A stretch of 61,281 bases of DNA from a virus (taxonomy: Duplodnaviria; Caudoviricetes), in IMG/VR virus record IMGVR_UViG_3300030098_004783, positions 1 through 61,281 of that record, one strand, 5' to 3'. This document shows positions 19,223 to 30,745 of the stretch, in pieces (within the stretch, counting starts at the first letter, position 1; each line of letters opens with the position of its first letter). Both the position numbers and the translations under genes were made by a program. The notes under the pieces are model-generated. The model saw only the letters and a list, made by a program, of their open reading frames with translations, did not search any database and was not told where the DNA came from.

Positions 19223-22200
19223 AGGTCCATCTCCAAGTAGTGTGTCGTGTCGTGGAATCCAGTATCCACGAATTCCGTGTTATCAAGTATATCACCACTG
19301 TCGAAAGGAGTAAAGTCTCCTACGTGTATATCTCCACCATATCCAGCTGTCTGTACCCAAGTACCATCATTATCAAATACTCCTTGTACATATAAATCCA
19401 TCGCGTCGGATACTCTAATAGTAGCTCCACTGAAAACATTAAAGGTATCACATACCTTATTGTCTTCGTTCATTGTTAATATTCCTGTACGTAATTTAAC
19501 ATCTGCATCGGAATCAAATTCATTCGTAACTGTACTGTAAGTTAATGCACCACTTCCTGCACATATCTCATATAGATTTGTAGTATCATCGTGTGTCTTA
19601 CTAACTATATGTCCTGATGCATTTACTGAAACACTTGTAATATCAAAATTAGAATTTTGAAATTCTAATTTACAAGAATCTGCTGTTATTTCCGCTTGGT
19701 CATAGCTTCCACTAATTACAATATTATCGAATGAAGAATGTGCTGTGCTAAACTTCGGTCCATATGCATTACTACCCGGTGGGGATGAAAATGTATTATT
19801 GGTAAATGAGGATAATGTATTGCTTGCTTTATGCCAAACTGGCCAAAAATTAGTTTTCCAATTTGTAAATGTACAATTATCTATATCCCAAGTATCGCCA
19901 GTACTAGTATTTCTAATACTTTCAAATTTGTCGAATGTAGTATAATCTGCTGTAATATTCATACTAGTATTTGCGTCCCAATAATTACTTGGCGTACCAC
20001 CAGCTGAACTTGTTATTGTATTAGGGTCTCCTGAAGTTCCGCTTGAAGTTAGCGTTCCTACTGAACTACCGAAACCACATCCAGCAACATCTGTGAACGT
20101 TAGAGTAGTACCAGCATCTAATTGTAGTGCCCCTCCTGCCTTAACGTCTATTAATTTAGCTGTTATATTATTTCCATTAGAATCAAAAGTATTAGTTCCA
20201 CCAGATGATTCTATTCTCAATTCATCTGTAAATGTTATATTCCCTTGAGATATTGCTTGAATATCACTATTTGATGTAAGAAACAATGATTTTATTGTTA
20301 AATTTTTGTCGGTAGATGATGATGATGGGAAATTCATTGTACCACTTGAGCTATTCTGATAAATATACCATCTATAAATATCATTAAATGCAATAGCTCC
20401 TTTACCAGAAGCTACCAATACGTTACCAAACGTTCTTCCTATTTGTATCATTTCATTTGTATTTGAAACTAACCTACCCGACTTTTGTTCGATAGTATGA
20501 TAAATTAATGTAGTTGAATTGCCTCCGTTTATGTCTTTTAATGTTATAAGGTTTGAATCTCCGCCTGTTTCTATTTCAAATTTGTATAAATTTAAAGAGT
20601 CTTTATGATAAATATATTTATTTGTGCCTGTCATCTTTAAAGTAGATTCGTCATAGTCGAATGTTCCTGCTCCTGCCCAAGCTGGGTCTCCTGCAAATGT
20701 TCCGTTATTGGATTCTGCCGATAAATCTTCTACATCAGTTCCGCTTGGTGCTGCATTGTCTGTTCCTTCATTAAACTCATACCATAATTTAGCATTGCCG
20801 TCAGTAAATCCGTTTGGATTACTACTTACGTGATAATTATCAGCAGCCATTGCTGTCCAATCCTTAAACATCATATTACGAATTTGACCTACTGATAATG
20901 CTTCAGCCCAAACTGATACTCTTCCTATAGTTCCAAAGAAAGGAGCGGAACCATCGTGTCCTTCAGAGCCTATTGCCATTTGTGTATTATTAGTTTCAAT
21001 AGTTTCAGTCCAAGCTACCTGCCCATCAAGTTTACCATCTAAATAAACTGACATTAAATCATTATCAGCATCAACAACTCCTGCGATGTGATGCCACTTA
21101 TTATCAACAGTTAATACTGTGTTTCCCTCTAACATAGTATAAGCTGGTGAACCGTCAGCAGATGCAATAGTTAAGTCAATCCTTTCAGCATTAGATATAC
21201 CAAGGAGATAACCATCAGAATATCTACCTTTTGATATAATTCTCTGATAATCACCTACTGCACTTAATTTAATCCATCCTTCAAGCGTAAGATTTGTAGA
21301 AATGTCTAAACTACTGTGGTCAGGTATAGTAATCCAATCCCCAGTTCCATCAAGCGTTACTGCACTCTTACCAATAAGACCACCACTGGTAGTAAAATCT
21401 CCTGCTACTGTGATTGTATCGTCTGTTGCATCTAATGTTCCACCTGTTGCTATTGTAAGATTATTACATTTGTTAGCTGTGTTGTGTTGACTACGGAAAG
21501 AAGAACCCACAATTATATTTCCAGCCCAATATCCACTTTCTGTCCAATCAAGTTGCGTTGAACCATTATTTACAAATATATTACTTGTTGCATCACCAAC
21601 AAAATCACCATCACCAAAACTTTGGTCAGTATTTGCAGAACCTTGACCTGTAATTATTAAATTGGCTCCAGCTTCTTCATCAGAAACACCACCTATTGAA
21701 AATTGACTGGCAATTAACATAGCGCCAGCGCCACCATAATTTGTAGTTCCATCATTGTCAAAATGTCCAGAACATTCCATCCTCTGTCCATTCAAATCTA
21801 AAATATCTCCACTACCTACTGTAAATGCATCAAACTCACAATCTCCTGTAAGTTTTACTCTATCATTACTTCCTTCAAGTGTTATGTCAAATTGAAAATC
21901 ACAGTTCTTAAGCTGAGCATTAGAATTATTATGATAGCCCCATTGGAAATTACTACTATTAGTATTTGTAACTATAATTGGATGTGTTTCTAATACACCT
22001 GCAAGTGTTGCAGTTTGTCCATCTCCTGCATAAAACCAAAATTGCTTATCTCCAGTATTCATATTGTTAATAAGTTTAGGATAACTTGATTCAGGGTTTG
22101 TTGCAGTTCCCATTGTCAATGTTTTGTTTGCCCAAATATAACAATGTGAAGCTCCTGCATCTAACTGCAATTGCCTTTCAATAGTTTCATCTTTATAAAA

Positions 22201-23904
22201 TCGTAATTGACCTCCTGCTTGTTGCCAATTGTAAAACGTAAAAGCAACGCTACTTGATTGATTTACATATATACTGTCAAGTCCTCTAACAGTTCCATTA
22301 TTGTGAGTAAATGCTCCTGCATTATCAATGTTTGCTGCTAAATCTAAATTACCTCTTGGTGCTGACAAAGTTCCCTCTGCTTCTATCGTAAGTGTTCCGT
22401 CAAGGTCAAGAGTGCCGTTTACCCAAGCAAGGCTTACCCCAGTTCCATCTGCATCCGTTCCAGTGCCGTAATCCCCTATTGCTGCTGTTGCCCCAGTTCC
22501 TTCATCTATCTTCCACCAATGGTCTGGTGTTACATTAAAAGAACCTGAATAGAGTGAAGCTACTTGGTCTGCTGACAATGCTTGTTTAAACATTTTAATA
22601 TCACGCAATCCTCCATCCCATCTTTGGTCGCCTCCTTTTGTATAATTATCTCCTATTATTAAATTATGTGAATTACTGCCTATTGCACTTCCTGAAAAAG
22701 TAGTATCTTCTACATTTAAAACTCCATCAACGTAAATTCTGCCTGTTCCTGAACCTGTAGAATCATAAGTAAACACAACGTGCTGCCAAGACCCATAAGT
22801 TACACTTCCTGTTGTTGCAACTAAAGCATTATCATTAACATATATATAATAATAATCATTACTTCCTCTATTTATTGCCAAAGAATAAGCTGAGTCATAT
22901 TTTTTATCAATTATGCGTTGTGTAGAGTCTCCTGAATCTGTTGCTTTCACCCAAGCTGAAATAGTCAATGCATCCATCCCATCTAAAGAAGCTGCATCAG
23001 CAACTTCAATATAATCTGCATCACCATCAAAATCAGGATAACTCAGTGACAAACCCTCTACCTTTCCTTGTGTTACTGTAAACGTCCCATCTGTCGTTGT
23101 GCTATTATCATATACATCTACATAGTATTCGTCAGTATGAATATTAGATGCAACAATACTTGTCGGTGTTAAATCTAAATCTGTAGCATCTCCAAAATCT
23201 TCTCCTAAATTAGAAGAATCTATTGTAGTGCTGTTTAATTTCCACCAATGTTGTAAATTATCTATGTCTGAAGTGGTTGCATTAATTTTACTTGACAATT
23301 TTAAAACTTCTGCATCTGTAAGTGTGTCTGAGTAATATCTTACGTCTGCAATATATCCATCAAACATCGACCTTACTCCTGCGTTATCGTGCAATGCTCC
23401 AACAACAACGTGGTCTAATTTACTGTCTGTCATATCTCCAAACCAATCACCGTTGTTACTTCCACTTGCTACAACTACAGTTTCTTCAATACCGTCAATA
23501 TACATTTTAATTGCAGTTCCAGTGCTTCCTACTGCAATGTGATGCCAATTACCATCATCTGTTATTGCATTTGTGCTTTTTAAATCATAAACAACAGAAC
23601 TATCCATACATTTAATGTATAGTTTACCATCAGAATTAAAAAATGTCCTTATATAATAATTACCAGTTGCTTCATCTGTAGCAGAAAACCAATGTTGTTG
23701 AGTTCCTCGATTCCAATCGTCAGACCTAACCCAAGCGGTAATAAATCCAGCAGTATCAGTTGTTCTAAAATCTGCTGTTGAATTTTTAAGATAATCTGCA
23801 CTTCCGTCTAATTCTAAAGCAGCGTCAAGATTTACATCAACGTCTGCTGTTCCAAGATTTCCTTCTATTATTCCGCCCGTGCCTGTAATATTGATTGTTC
23901 CCAT
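19219..23904 (-). CDS. Giant virion fibre/spike protein with three LamG-like domains and beta-solenoid segments
   Basis: Repeated WHHIA/WQHVV...YxDG motifs; G/S/T/N-rich; paralogous to the next gene. Confidence 0.75.
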   Translation of the reverse strand: MGTINITGTGGIIEGNLGTADVDVNLDAALELDGSADYLKNSTADFRTTDTAGFITAWVRSDDWNRGTQQHWFSATDEATGNYYIRTFFNSDGKLYIKCMDSSVVYDLKSTNAITDDGNWHHIAVGSTGTAIKMYIDGIEETVVVASGSNNGDWFGDMTDSKLDHVVVGALHDNAGVRSMFDGYIADVRYYSDTLTDAEVLKLSSKINATTSDIDNLQHWWKLNSTTIDSSNLGEDFGDATDLDLTPTSIVASNIHTDEYYVDVYDNSTTTDGTFTVTQGKVEGLSLSYPDFDGDADYIEVADAASLDGMDALTISAWVKATDSGDSTQRIIDKKYDSAYSLAINRGSNDYYYIYVNDNALVATTGSVTYGSWQHVVFTYDSTGSGTGRIYVDGVLNVEDTTFSGSAIGSNSHNLIIGDNYTKGGDQRWDGGLRDIKMFKQALSADQVASLYSGSFNVTPDHWWKIDEGTGATAAIGDYGTGTDADGTGVSLAWVNGTLDLDGTLTIEAEGTLSAPRGNLDLAANIDNAGAFTHNNGTVRGLDSIYVNQSSSVAFTFYNWQQAGGQLRFYKDETIERQLQLDAGASHCYIWANKTLTMGTATNPESSYPKLINNMNTGDKQFWFYAGDGQTATLAGVLETHPIIVTNTNSSNFQWGYHNNSNAQLKNCDFQFDITLEGSNDRVKLTGDCEFDAFTVGSGDILDLNGQRMECSGHFDNDGTTNYGGAGAMLIASQFSIGGVSDEEAGANLIITGQGSANTDQSFGDGDFVGDATSNIFVNNGSTQLDWTESGYWAGNIIVGSSFRSQHNTANKCNNLTIATGGTLDATDDTITVAGDFTTSGGLIGKSAVTLDGTGDWITIPDHSSLDISTNLTLEGWIKLSAVGDYQRIISKGRYSDGYLLGISNAERIDLTIASADGSPAYTMLEGNTVLTVDNKWHHIAGVVDADNDLMSVYLDGKLDGQVAWTETIETNNTQMAIGSEGHDGSAPFFGTIGRVSVWAEALSVGQIRNMMFKDWTAMAADNYHVSSNPNGFTDGNAKLWYEFNEGTDNAAPSGTDVEDLSAESNNGTFAGDPAWAGAGTFDYDESTLKMTGTNKYIYHKDSLNLYKFEIETGGDSNLITLKDINGGNSTTLIYHTIEQKSGRLVSNTNEMIQIGRTFGNVLVASGKGAIAFNDIYRWYIYQNSSSGTMNFPSSSSTDKNLTIKSLFLTSNSDIQAISQGNITFTDELRIESSGGTNTFDSNGNNITAKLIDVKAGGALQLDAGTTLTFTDVAGCGFGSSVGTLTSSGTSGDPNTITSSAGGTPSNYWDANTSMNITADYTTFDKFESIRNTSTGDTWDIDNCTFTNWKTNFWPVWHKASNTLSSFTNNTFSSPPGSNAYGPKFSTAHSSFDNIVISGSYDQAEITADSCKLEFQNSNFDITSVSVNASGHIVSKTHDDTTNLYEICAGSGALTYSTVTNEFDSDADVKLRTGILTMNEDNKVCDTFNVFSGATIRVSDAMDLYVQGVFDNDGTWVQTAGYGGDIHVGDFTPFDSGDILDNTEFVDTGFHDTTHYLEMDL

Positions 23905-26900
23905 TAGTCTCGTGCCACCGTTCCTGCTATATTTCTAATACTGTTTACGTTATTAGCCCCATTTGATAAATTGAATGTTCCATTATTATGTATATTTACA
24001 GTTCCTAAATTGTAAATTCCAGTATCGCTTGTATCTCCAAAATATGCTCCTGAACCTCCTGAGCAAATATCAAGAATACCAAATACTGATAACTCATTTG
24101 CAGATTTAGCTCTGGAAAATCCACCTCTTTGAATATCTAAATTATTAAGTATTCTTATGTGTGCTGAAGAGCTTGAATCACCATCTTTCTGTCTTATATA
24201 ATAATCAACTGAACTCGTGTCTCCATTTATTATTACATTATAAAATGTATCGTCTCTTATATCAGAGTCACTATTTCCAGTAAATGAAACTGTTCCATTG
24301 TTGTGAGTAAATGTTCCAGTGACATTATACCAAGCATAACCATTTGTCCCACTTGTACCGTCACCTTCACCAGTAATTTCAGTAGTTCCGCTCGGTGCAA
24401 TATATGTTGCCCCATTTCCTATTGTAAGACTGTTAAACTGCCAATTTGCAGTGCATCCAGTTGAACCAAGCGTTCCTCCTTGAATATCTACATTGCCTCC
24501 TACTTCTATAGCTGTGTTTGGATAACTATCGTGAGCAAATGCCCCTCCACTTGTAATTGTTAAATCATTAGCAATATCAAATGTTTGGTCAATCACTCTT
24601 AGTTTATTATTTGTGTCTATAATTACATTATAAAATGAGTCATTAACGTCTATACTTGGTAAGCTCTCAGTTCCATCAAATGTTACAGTTCCATTATTAT
24701 GTTCAAACCTACTATTACCTGATGCTTGCATTATATATCCACTGCCATTGTTTCCAGTAAGAGTCGTAACACCCTGTGTGGCTTTAAATAAACCTCCACT
24801 ATCTATGGTTAAACTTTTAAAATTATGAGCTCCTGCGGCATCATCATCATAATTAAATGTTGTACCAGATTCAACTTGCATATGACTTGTAACTGTTAAT
24901 GTATCATCTGCATTATCAACATTAAATCTACCCTCTTTAAGTTGTAATATGTTACCTACTGTAAGAGTGCTTCCAGATTTAGGTCTCCAGTGTGTAGCTG
25001 TGCCAGATGAATCGCCGTTAATTATTAAATTATAAAATGTGTTTTCTTGTATGTGCGAATCTGTATTGTGTGTAAATTCTACAGTTCCGTTTTGGTGTGT
25101 ATATGTTCCTGATGTATGTTGCCAAGCAAAACCGCCTGTCGTCTCTGCACGAACTTTAATTTTACCTGCACCACCCTGGAATGTACCTCCTGTTATCTTA
25201 ACAGAATCGAATGTAATTTCTGAAGATGCTTGAGCTGTATCAACACAACTTAAAGCCACGGTTCCACTACTAATATCCAACCCCGGCAATAAATCTCCTG
25301 ATTTGTATTTTAAACTACCAGACGCAGCGAAATCAATAACTGCAGTAGCAGTGCCTGAATTATTAGAGGCAGTAAATGAAACTCCACCAGCTCCTACCCA
25401 AGAAGCTGAGCCTAGTGTACCATTCTCCGCTCCAGAAGCTGCTGAATCTGTAAATGTAGAACCAGAACCATCGTTACAGTGATAAACTCCAAGTAAACCA
25501 GCTGCATCGTTTGCTATTTCTGTCCACATATTGGCTCTTATTTCAGATTCGGTTCTAACATCTTCCCATATTCTAATTTCATCATAATGTAAGTAACTTG
25601 AGCCTCCCACTTCTACTGGAACATTTCCACCCGAATCACTACCTGATGGATTTGACGCAGTACTCTGACCATCGAGTTTTCCATCTACATATATTTTTAT
25701 ACCTGTGTCTTCTGACACATCGTGAGTCATTGCTATGTGATGCCATTTTCCATCGTTTATAGCAGTATTGCCGACAGCATATCTACTATCTCCTGCTGTA
25801 GAACCTGCTCTTACAGTTCCGTCAGCTAACATATGCATACCGTGTCCGTAATTATCTTTTGATATCAGTCCAATTGTACTTACATTGGATGGTGCTGAAC
25901 CATTATCGACTTTAAACCATCCCTCGAGTGTTTTATCTCCTGAATTATGATATTTAGTTGAATTGCTACCGGTACCCTTATCGTGCGGTACTGTACCTTG
26001 AGTTCCGTCTATAGCTGAGTCACCTAATACTCCACCAGATAATACTAAGTTTCCTTTTACTGTGACTGTATCAGCATCTAAATCTAAAGTAGAACTAGTT
26101 GCAGCTTGAATGTTACCCCAAGTTGCGTCTGCATCTGGGTCATATGTACCAGATAAAACAAATAAAGGCGTTGTACCATAATCTCGGTCACCAGAATGTC
26201 TCACTGTGCTTCCTCCGTTGACAACGACTCTACCTAGAGTATATGAACCACCAAGGCTAGTATTTTGGTTTTTGCTTGAACTGTTCACGTGAACTACTGT
26301 ATGTGAAGATAAGTTATTTGTTAACTCGTGTGCTAATGAACCTATCGCGTGTGAACCAGTTGTATATACTTCACCATCGGCGTCAAAGCTACTTCCTCTG
26401 CCAGTACTAGATATAGTAAAGTCACCATCTACATATATTCGTTGCCCATTTAAATCAAGATGTGCACCCTGTTGCATTGTTATAGCCTTAAATGAACAAG
26501 GACCTGTAATTTTATAAGAAGCTATATCGTGGAACTTTAATGTTGTATTAGTATTTGTAGCTGTAGCAGCTTGACTAATTGTAAAAGATGTAACTGTAGC
26601 ATTATTAACTGCTGTGACTACTGTATCTCTTGGTATACCTGTACCTGTAACAGTGTGTCCCACTTTTATAGAAGTAGTTGCATCACAAGTGACTGTAGTT
26701 TGATTTGATGTGTGATTTGTATCACACGATGCATCTTCGTGAGCGACTGCTTCTGTAACAGATGTCCAATCGTGTTGAAACGATAAATTTGCCAACTCAA
26801 CTGGGTTACCACCAGAAGGCTGATAACCTGCATTAACGTCAGAATTCTGCATCCATAAATGATTATTTAAATTACTGTTAGTGTTATGTACTGGACATTG

Positions 26901-29621
26901 ATATAGTTCACTTGCGCCCTGTATAACTGTAGAGTTACCAGTAGTACCACTTGAACCTCCAATAGAGAATCCACCACTACCTGTTATATACCCACCTGTA
27001 CGTAGTCCTGCGGACGTATCGGAAGAACCAACAAACCTTGCATCGTCATATCCCATAGTTAATGTCATTTTGTTTCCTGCTGCTCGATTTACAGTAGTTC
27101 CTATAAGCCAATTTCTGTAACCGCCCAAATTGAGAACGTTACGAACTGTTATACTTTGAAAGTAAAACCTATTCCATCCCTGGTTAGTAGTCAAATTGTA
27201 GAACTCAATAGCGTCATCACCATCACTCTGGTCACCTATATATTGTTCTTCGCTGTAACTTTGGTTATTAGGTAAACTTAATGTTACATTTCCCCAGTTA
27301 GGAATAAATGTGCCTATGTTCTTCATTGTGTAATTACCAGATACATCTAATTGGTATATATCCATATTACCATTACTTGCTGAAACTGTTCCGTTAGTTC
27401 CTATCCACAGACCGTTCGCAAATTCTAAGTTCTCATATATTAAGTCTGCTAATTCCGAAGTCGTCTCTGATAGTCCGACTAACTCAGAACCTACTGAAAC
27501 TCTTTTAACACTAACGTTTTCAAATTTACTTCTGTAAGTTCCTTGACTTTCCATAGTACCATAAGATGTACCTTGAGTAGCGTGCGTAAGTAATGCAAAC
27601 ATACGTTTAAATCCATCGGCACTTGTATCCACATTCTGTGTAGTACCACGACTAGAACCTACTGCAGTTGTCATTATTCCTTGTTTTGGACCAGAACTGT
27701 GACTTCCGTCTAAGTTAGTGAAATCACTTGTTTGCACATAAACTTCGCCACGAGTTGTAGTGAATCCTGTTTCATTTCTATAACCCGACCAACTCGAACT
27801 ATTTTGGAAGTATCCACTAGGACCACCTAGTTTTGTAAAATTAGTAGTATAAGCACTGACTAAATCTTTATCTGCGGCAAGGTCACTCCCTAAAGCAGCA
27901 GTAACTAAATAACCAGTGTCAGATACACACATCCTACTTGTAGTCATACCGTGTGAGAATATATCTTCAGTAGTACCTCCAATAGTCCACCTGTGTATTC
28001 CTGGGTTTGGTGTTTTACCAGAATATACCGTATCTACTTGGTCTGGCGTTAATGCAACTTCATACATTCTAACATCTCTAATTTTACCATCTAAAAACCA
28101 TTGTGCAGTTCCGGCGTTATTTTCAGCTCCTATATATAATGGATATGCATCATCCATAGTAAACCCGCCCATATTTCCTGAAAATGTTCCATTTTTAGCA
28201 CTATCTGATGATAATGCTATTTCTTTTCCATTAACATATAATTTCATTACTGCATTAGAAGAATCTGTGTAAGACATTGTTGCAACTACGTGTGCCCAAG
28301 GATTGGCATTATCAACAAAAGTAGCAGATTCAGCTTGTGCATATTCACTAGTTCCGTTAGCTTGATACAAATATGTTAATTTGGAATCTGTCCCAACATA
28401 AAACAAAACTCTATCATTGCCACCATTAAATGCTCCTACAATAGTATTATTGGCTGTTGGGTCACCATCATCCAATCTAATCCAAGCAGACCACGAATGT
28501 GAAAGTCTTAACTGAGCTTGTGGAACTGTAGCAAATTTAATAAGTTCGTCAGAACCATCTAAGTCTAAACAAGATGCTGTTAGTGCTTCTAATTTACCTG
28601 AAGTTACATTGAAATTACCATTGACATAAAATGCAGAAGCATTATATATGTCTGTACCAGTACTATGTGAAGCTATTGTAGTTTGGTCTATACCTCTTCT
28701 TACTGTTAAGTCATTTGAAGATATACCAGAAACATACATCTTTTCACTTCCTATTTGTATAATTTGACCGGTGTGGAATTTAGTACCATCTTGAACAGTT
28801 AGTGTAACATCAGTCACGCTAGCAGTAAATGAACCATCGTTTGTATTAGTTCCTATGTCTCTGGTTTCATCACTCGATGGTATAACTTCAATAGCAAATT
28901 GTCCATAAGTTCTAGCTGTTCCTGTAACTGAAGGCGTACCGCCTCCTCCTCCTTGATTACTAGTTGCATTATTAATTAAAGGATAATGACCATCTGGCGT
29001 GCCTGCGCCTATAGTATCTTTGTGTATTCCTATCCTAGAAGATGCTATTGCTACTTGTGTAGCATTTAATACAGCATCGTAAATCATAACATCAGCAATG
29101 TATCCGTGAAAGTGACTGCCCGATGTAGCTGTGCATCCTATAAATAAGTCTTCATCTGGAGTTAAATCATTAGTAACAGAACCCTGAGAAGCAAATGACT
29201 CTCCATTCCAATATAATGTAGTTGTATTGAGAGTAGTATCGTGCACAATAGCCACGTGATGCCATTTGTCAGGATAACAAGGACCAGTGTCTAATAAATA
29301 CTGAGCACCGTCTCCCTTATCGTGATGTTGAAATCTAACTGTGTTGTCATCTCTGTGAATTAAATCCCACCGTCCACCGTCACTTCCCTTATATCCACTT
29401 AATATTTTTTGGTCAGCTGCAGATTTTGATGAATGCGCTTTAAACCAGCACATTATAGTAGTATTTCCAGAAGAATTTGTACTATTCAAATTTAAATTAG
29501 TATCTATCTTATCGTCACTTCCGTCGAAAAATAATACATCATCCATATCCATTTCAACGTTAGCATTACCAGGTGAACCACTCCATACTCCACCAGTTCC
29601 TATAAGTTTTATACTCGTCAT
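23904..29621 (-). CDS. Giant virion fibre/spike protein with three LamG-like domains and beta-solenoid repeats
   Basis: WHHVA/WAHVV/WHHIA LamG motifs; repeated HNNGTV-type units. Confidence 0.75.
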   Translation of the reverse strand: MTSIKLIGTGGVWSGSPGNANVEMDMDDVLFFDGSDDKIDTNLNLNSTNSSGNTTIMCWFKAHSSKSAADQKILSGYKGSDGGRWDLIHRDDNTVRFQHHDKGDGAQYLLDTGPCYPDKWHHVAIVHDTTLNTTTLYWNGESFASQGSVTNDLTPDEDLFIGCTATSGSHFHGYIADVMIYDAVLNATQVAIASSRIGIHKDTIGAGTPDGHYPLINNATSNQGGGGGTPSVTGTARTYGQFAIEVIPSSDETRDIGTNTNDGSFTASVTDVTLTVQDGTKFHTGQIIQIGSEKMYVSGISSNDLTVRRGIDQTTIASHSTGTDIYNASAFYVNGNFNVTSGKLEALTASCLDLDGSDELIKFATVPQAQLRLSHSWSAWIRLDDGDPTANNTIVGAFNGGNDRVLFYVGTDSKLTYLYQANGTSEYAQAESATFVDNANPWAHVVATMSYTDSSNAVMKLYVNGKEIALSSDSAKNGTFSGNMGGFTMDDAYPLYIGAENNAGTAQWFLDGKIRDVRMYEVALTPDQVDTVYSGKTPNPGIHRWTIGGTTEDIFSHGMTTSRMCVSDTGYLVTAALGSDLAADKDLVSAYTTNFTKLGGPSGYFQNSSSWSGYRNETGFTTTRGEVYVQTSDFTNLDGSHSSGPKQGIMTTAVGSSRGTTQNVDTSADGFKRMFALLTHATQGTSYGTMESQGTYRSKFENVSVKRVSVGSELVGLSETTSELADLIYENLEFANGLWIGTNGTVSASNGNMDIYQLDVSGNYTMKNIGTFIPNWGNVTLSLPNNQSYSEEQYIGDQSDGDDAIEFYNLTTNQGWNRFYFQSITVRNVLNLGGYRNWLIGTTVNRAAGNKMTLTMGYDDARFVGSSDTSAGLRTGGYITGSGGFSIGGSSGTTGNSTVIQGASELYQCPVHNTNSNLNNHLWMQNSDVNAGYQPSGGNPVELANLSFQHDWTSVTEAVAHEDASCDTNHTSNQTTVTCDATTSIKVGHTVTGTGIPRDTVVTAVNNATVTSFTISQAATATNTNTTLKFHDIASYKITGPCSFKAITMQQGAHLDLNGQRIYVDGDFTISSTGRGSSFDADGEVYTTGSHAIGSLAHELTNNLSSHTVVHVNSSSKNQNTSLGGSYTLGRVVVNGGSTVRHSGDRDYGTTPLFVLSGTYDPDADATWGNIQAATSSTLDLDADTVTVKGNLVLSGGVLGDSAIDGTQGTVPHDKGTGSNSTKYHNSGDKTLEGWFKVDNGSAPSNVSTIGLISKDNYGHGMHMLADGTVRAGSTAGDSRYAVGNTAINDGKWHHIAMTHDVSEDTGIKIYVDGKLDGQSTASNPSGSDSGGNVPVEVGGSSYLHYDEIRIWEDVRTESEIRANMWTEIANDAAGLLGVYHCNDGSGSTFTDSAASGAENGTLGSASWVGAGGVSFTASNNSGTATAVIDFAASGSLKYKSGDLLPGLDISSGTVALSCVDTAQASSEITFDSVKITGGTFQGGAGKIKVRAETTGGFAWQHTSGTYTHQNGTVEFTHNTDSHIQENTFYNLIINGDSSGTATHWRPKSGSTLTVGNILQLKEGRFNVDNADDTLTVTSHMQVESGTTFNYDDDAAGAHNFKSLTIDSGGLFKATQGVTTLTGNNGSGYIMQASGNSRFEHNNGTVTFDGTESLPSIDVNDSFYNVIIDTNNKLRVIDQTFDIANDLTITSGGAFAHDSYPNTAIEVGGNVDIQGGTLGSTGCTANWQFNSLTIGNGATYIAPSGTTEITGEGDGTSGTNGYAWYNVTGTFTHNNGTVSFTGNSDSDIRDDTFYNVIINGDTSSVDYYIRQKDGDSSSSAHIRILNNLDIQRGGFSRAKSANELSVFGILDICSGGSGAYFGDTSDTGIYNLGTVNIHNNGTFNLSNGANNVNSIRNIAGTVARD

Positions 29622-30745
29622 TGACTATCTATCCTCCCACCATCATTAATAAGACCACCTATATTAAAAGTACCACTTGTAGCTCTTATTCTAACTTTCT
29701 CATTAGCATTTAATAAAGAAAGAGTTCCTTCTACAGTCCAAGTACCCGATGCAGTTTGATTATATCCAAATTGCATATTTTCATTCGTTGACCTGTCATA
29801 ATATTTCATATACATATTATTTCTTACCGTAAATTCATAACCATCGGCACTGAGTGGGACCAGAATTCCCTGACCACTTCCATTCTCCATAGTGAAATTA
29901 TTATTAATAGTTACAGAATTACTTTCATCTCCATATAAGGTAAGTGAACTACCACAAGAGCCTGTGCATTGCAATTCGAGATTGTATATATGAGAATCAG
30001 CAAAATTAAAGTAAGTACCGCCAGAGCCTTCATATCTGAATGTTCCATTATTATGATTCACAGTGCCATCTTTTAAATCTAAACCATAATTGTCTGCTGC
30101 TCTACTACCCTGTATTTTTGTCACATCGCTCGTTGCATTATATGTTCCTCCGCTATCTACAGTCAAAGAACGAGCTTCAACTTGCGATGTATTAGCAGTT
30201 AATGTGCCACCATTTTGTATTAATATATCTCCAGCTACATCCAAATTGTAATAACCCCCTATAACATTAGCTGTGTCGAGAGTCCCTGCTGTAACTGTTA
30301 GATTTCCAGATATAGATATATTGTTACCAAATATATGAACATTATTACCACTATTGGTTGCATCGTTAATAGTTAAATCTCGTATTCCACTACCTACATC
30401 AACAAAAGTTCTATCACCAGAAGCTCTTATTCCAGTCATTGTAATATTTAAATTTGTGATTGACCCACTATTGTTAAAATTATTATCTTGGTCACTACCT
30501 GCTAATGTCAATATATATGAAGTGTTACCGGTAAGTGTTCCGCCTGATTCTATAGAAACTTGTCCCGTTGTTACATTAGTATCCAGTGTAACAGTATCTC
30601 CATTTTGAATTACTGCTTTGTCATCTGTTGAATCTGGATTTCCCGCCGTGCCTGAACCATCTGTTGCTGTATTCCATTGGTTGCTATCTGTGAAATCCAT
30701 AGCGTTCCCTGATGTAGGGTTAGAATACCAGATGGTGGTTGCCAT
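29618..30745 (-). CDS. Beta-helical structural protein related to the giant fibres
   Basis: NQWNTATDGSG...AVIQNGDTVTLD start; HNNGTF unit; SLTVDSGGTY shared with the 1905-aa protein. Confidence 0.6.
   Translation of the reverse strand: MATTIWYSNPTSGNAMDFTDSNQWNTATDGSGTAGNPDSTDDKAVIQNGDTVTLDTNVTTGQVSIESGGTLTGNTSYILTLAGSDQDNNFNNSGSITNLNITMTGIRASGDRTFVDVGSGIRDLTINDATNSGNNVHIFGNNISISGNLTVTAGTLDTANVIGGYYNLDVAGDILIQNGGTLTANTSQVEARSLTVDSGGTYNATSDVTKIQGSRAADNYGLDLKDGTVNHNNGTFRYEGSGGTYFNFADSHIYNLELQCTGSCGSSLTLYGDESNSVTINNNFTMENGSGQGILVPLSADGYEFTVRNNMYMKYYDRSTNENMQFGYNQTASGTWTVEGTLSLLNANEKVRIRATSGTFNIGGLINDGGRIDSQ

Noticed and set aside
19219-29621. Diversity-generating retroelement acting on the fibre genes
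   Set aside because: No reverse transcriptase and no near-identical template/variable repeat pair was seen; similarity is only at the ancient protein level
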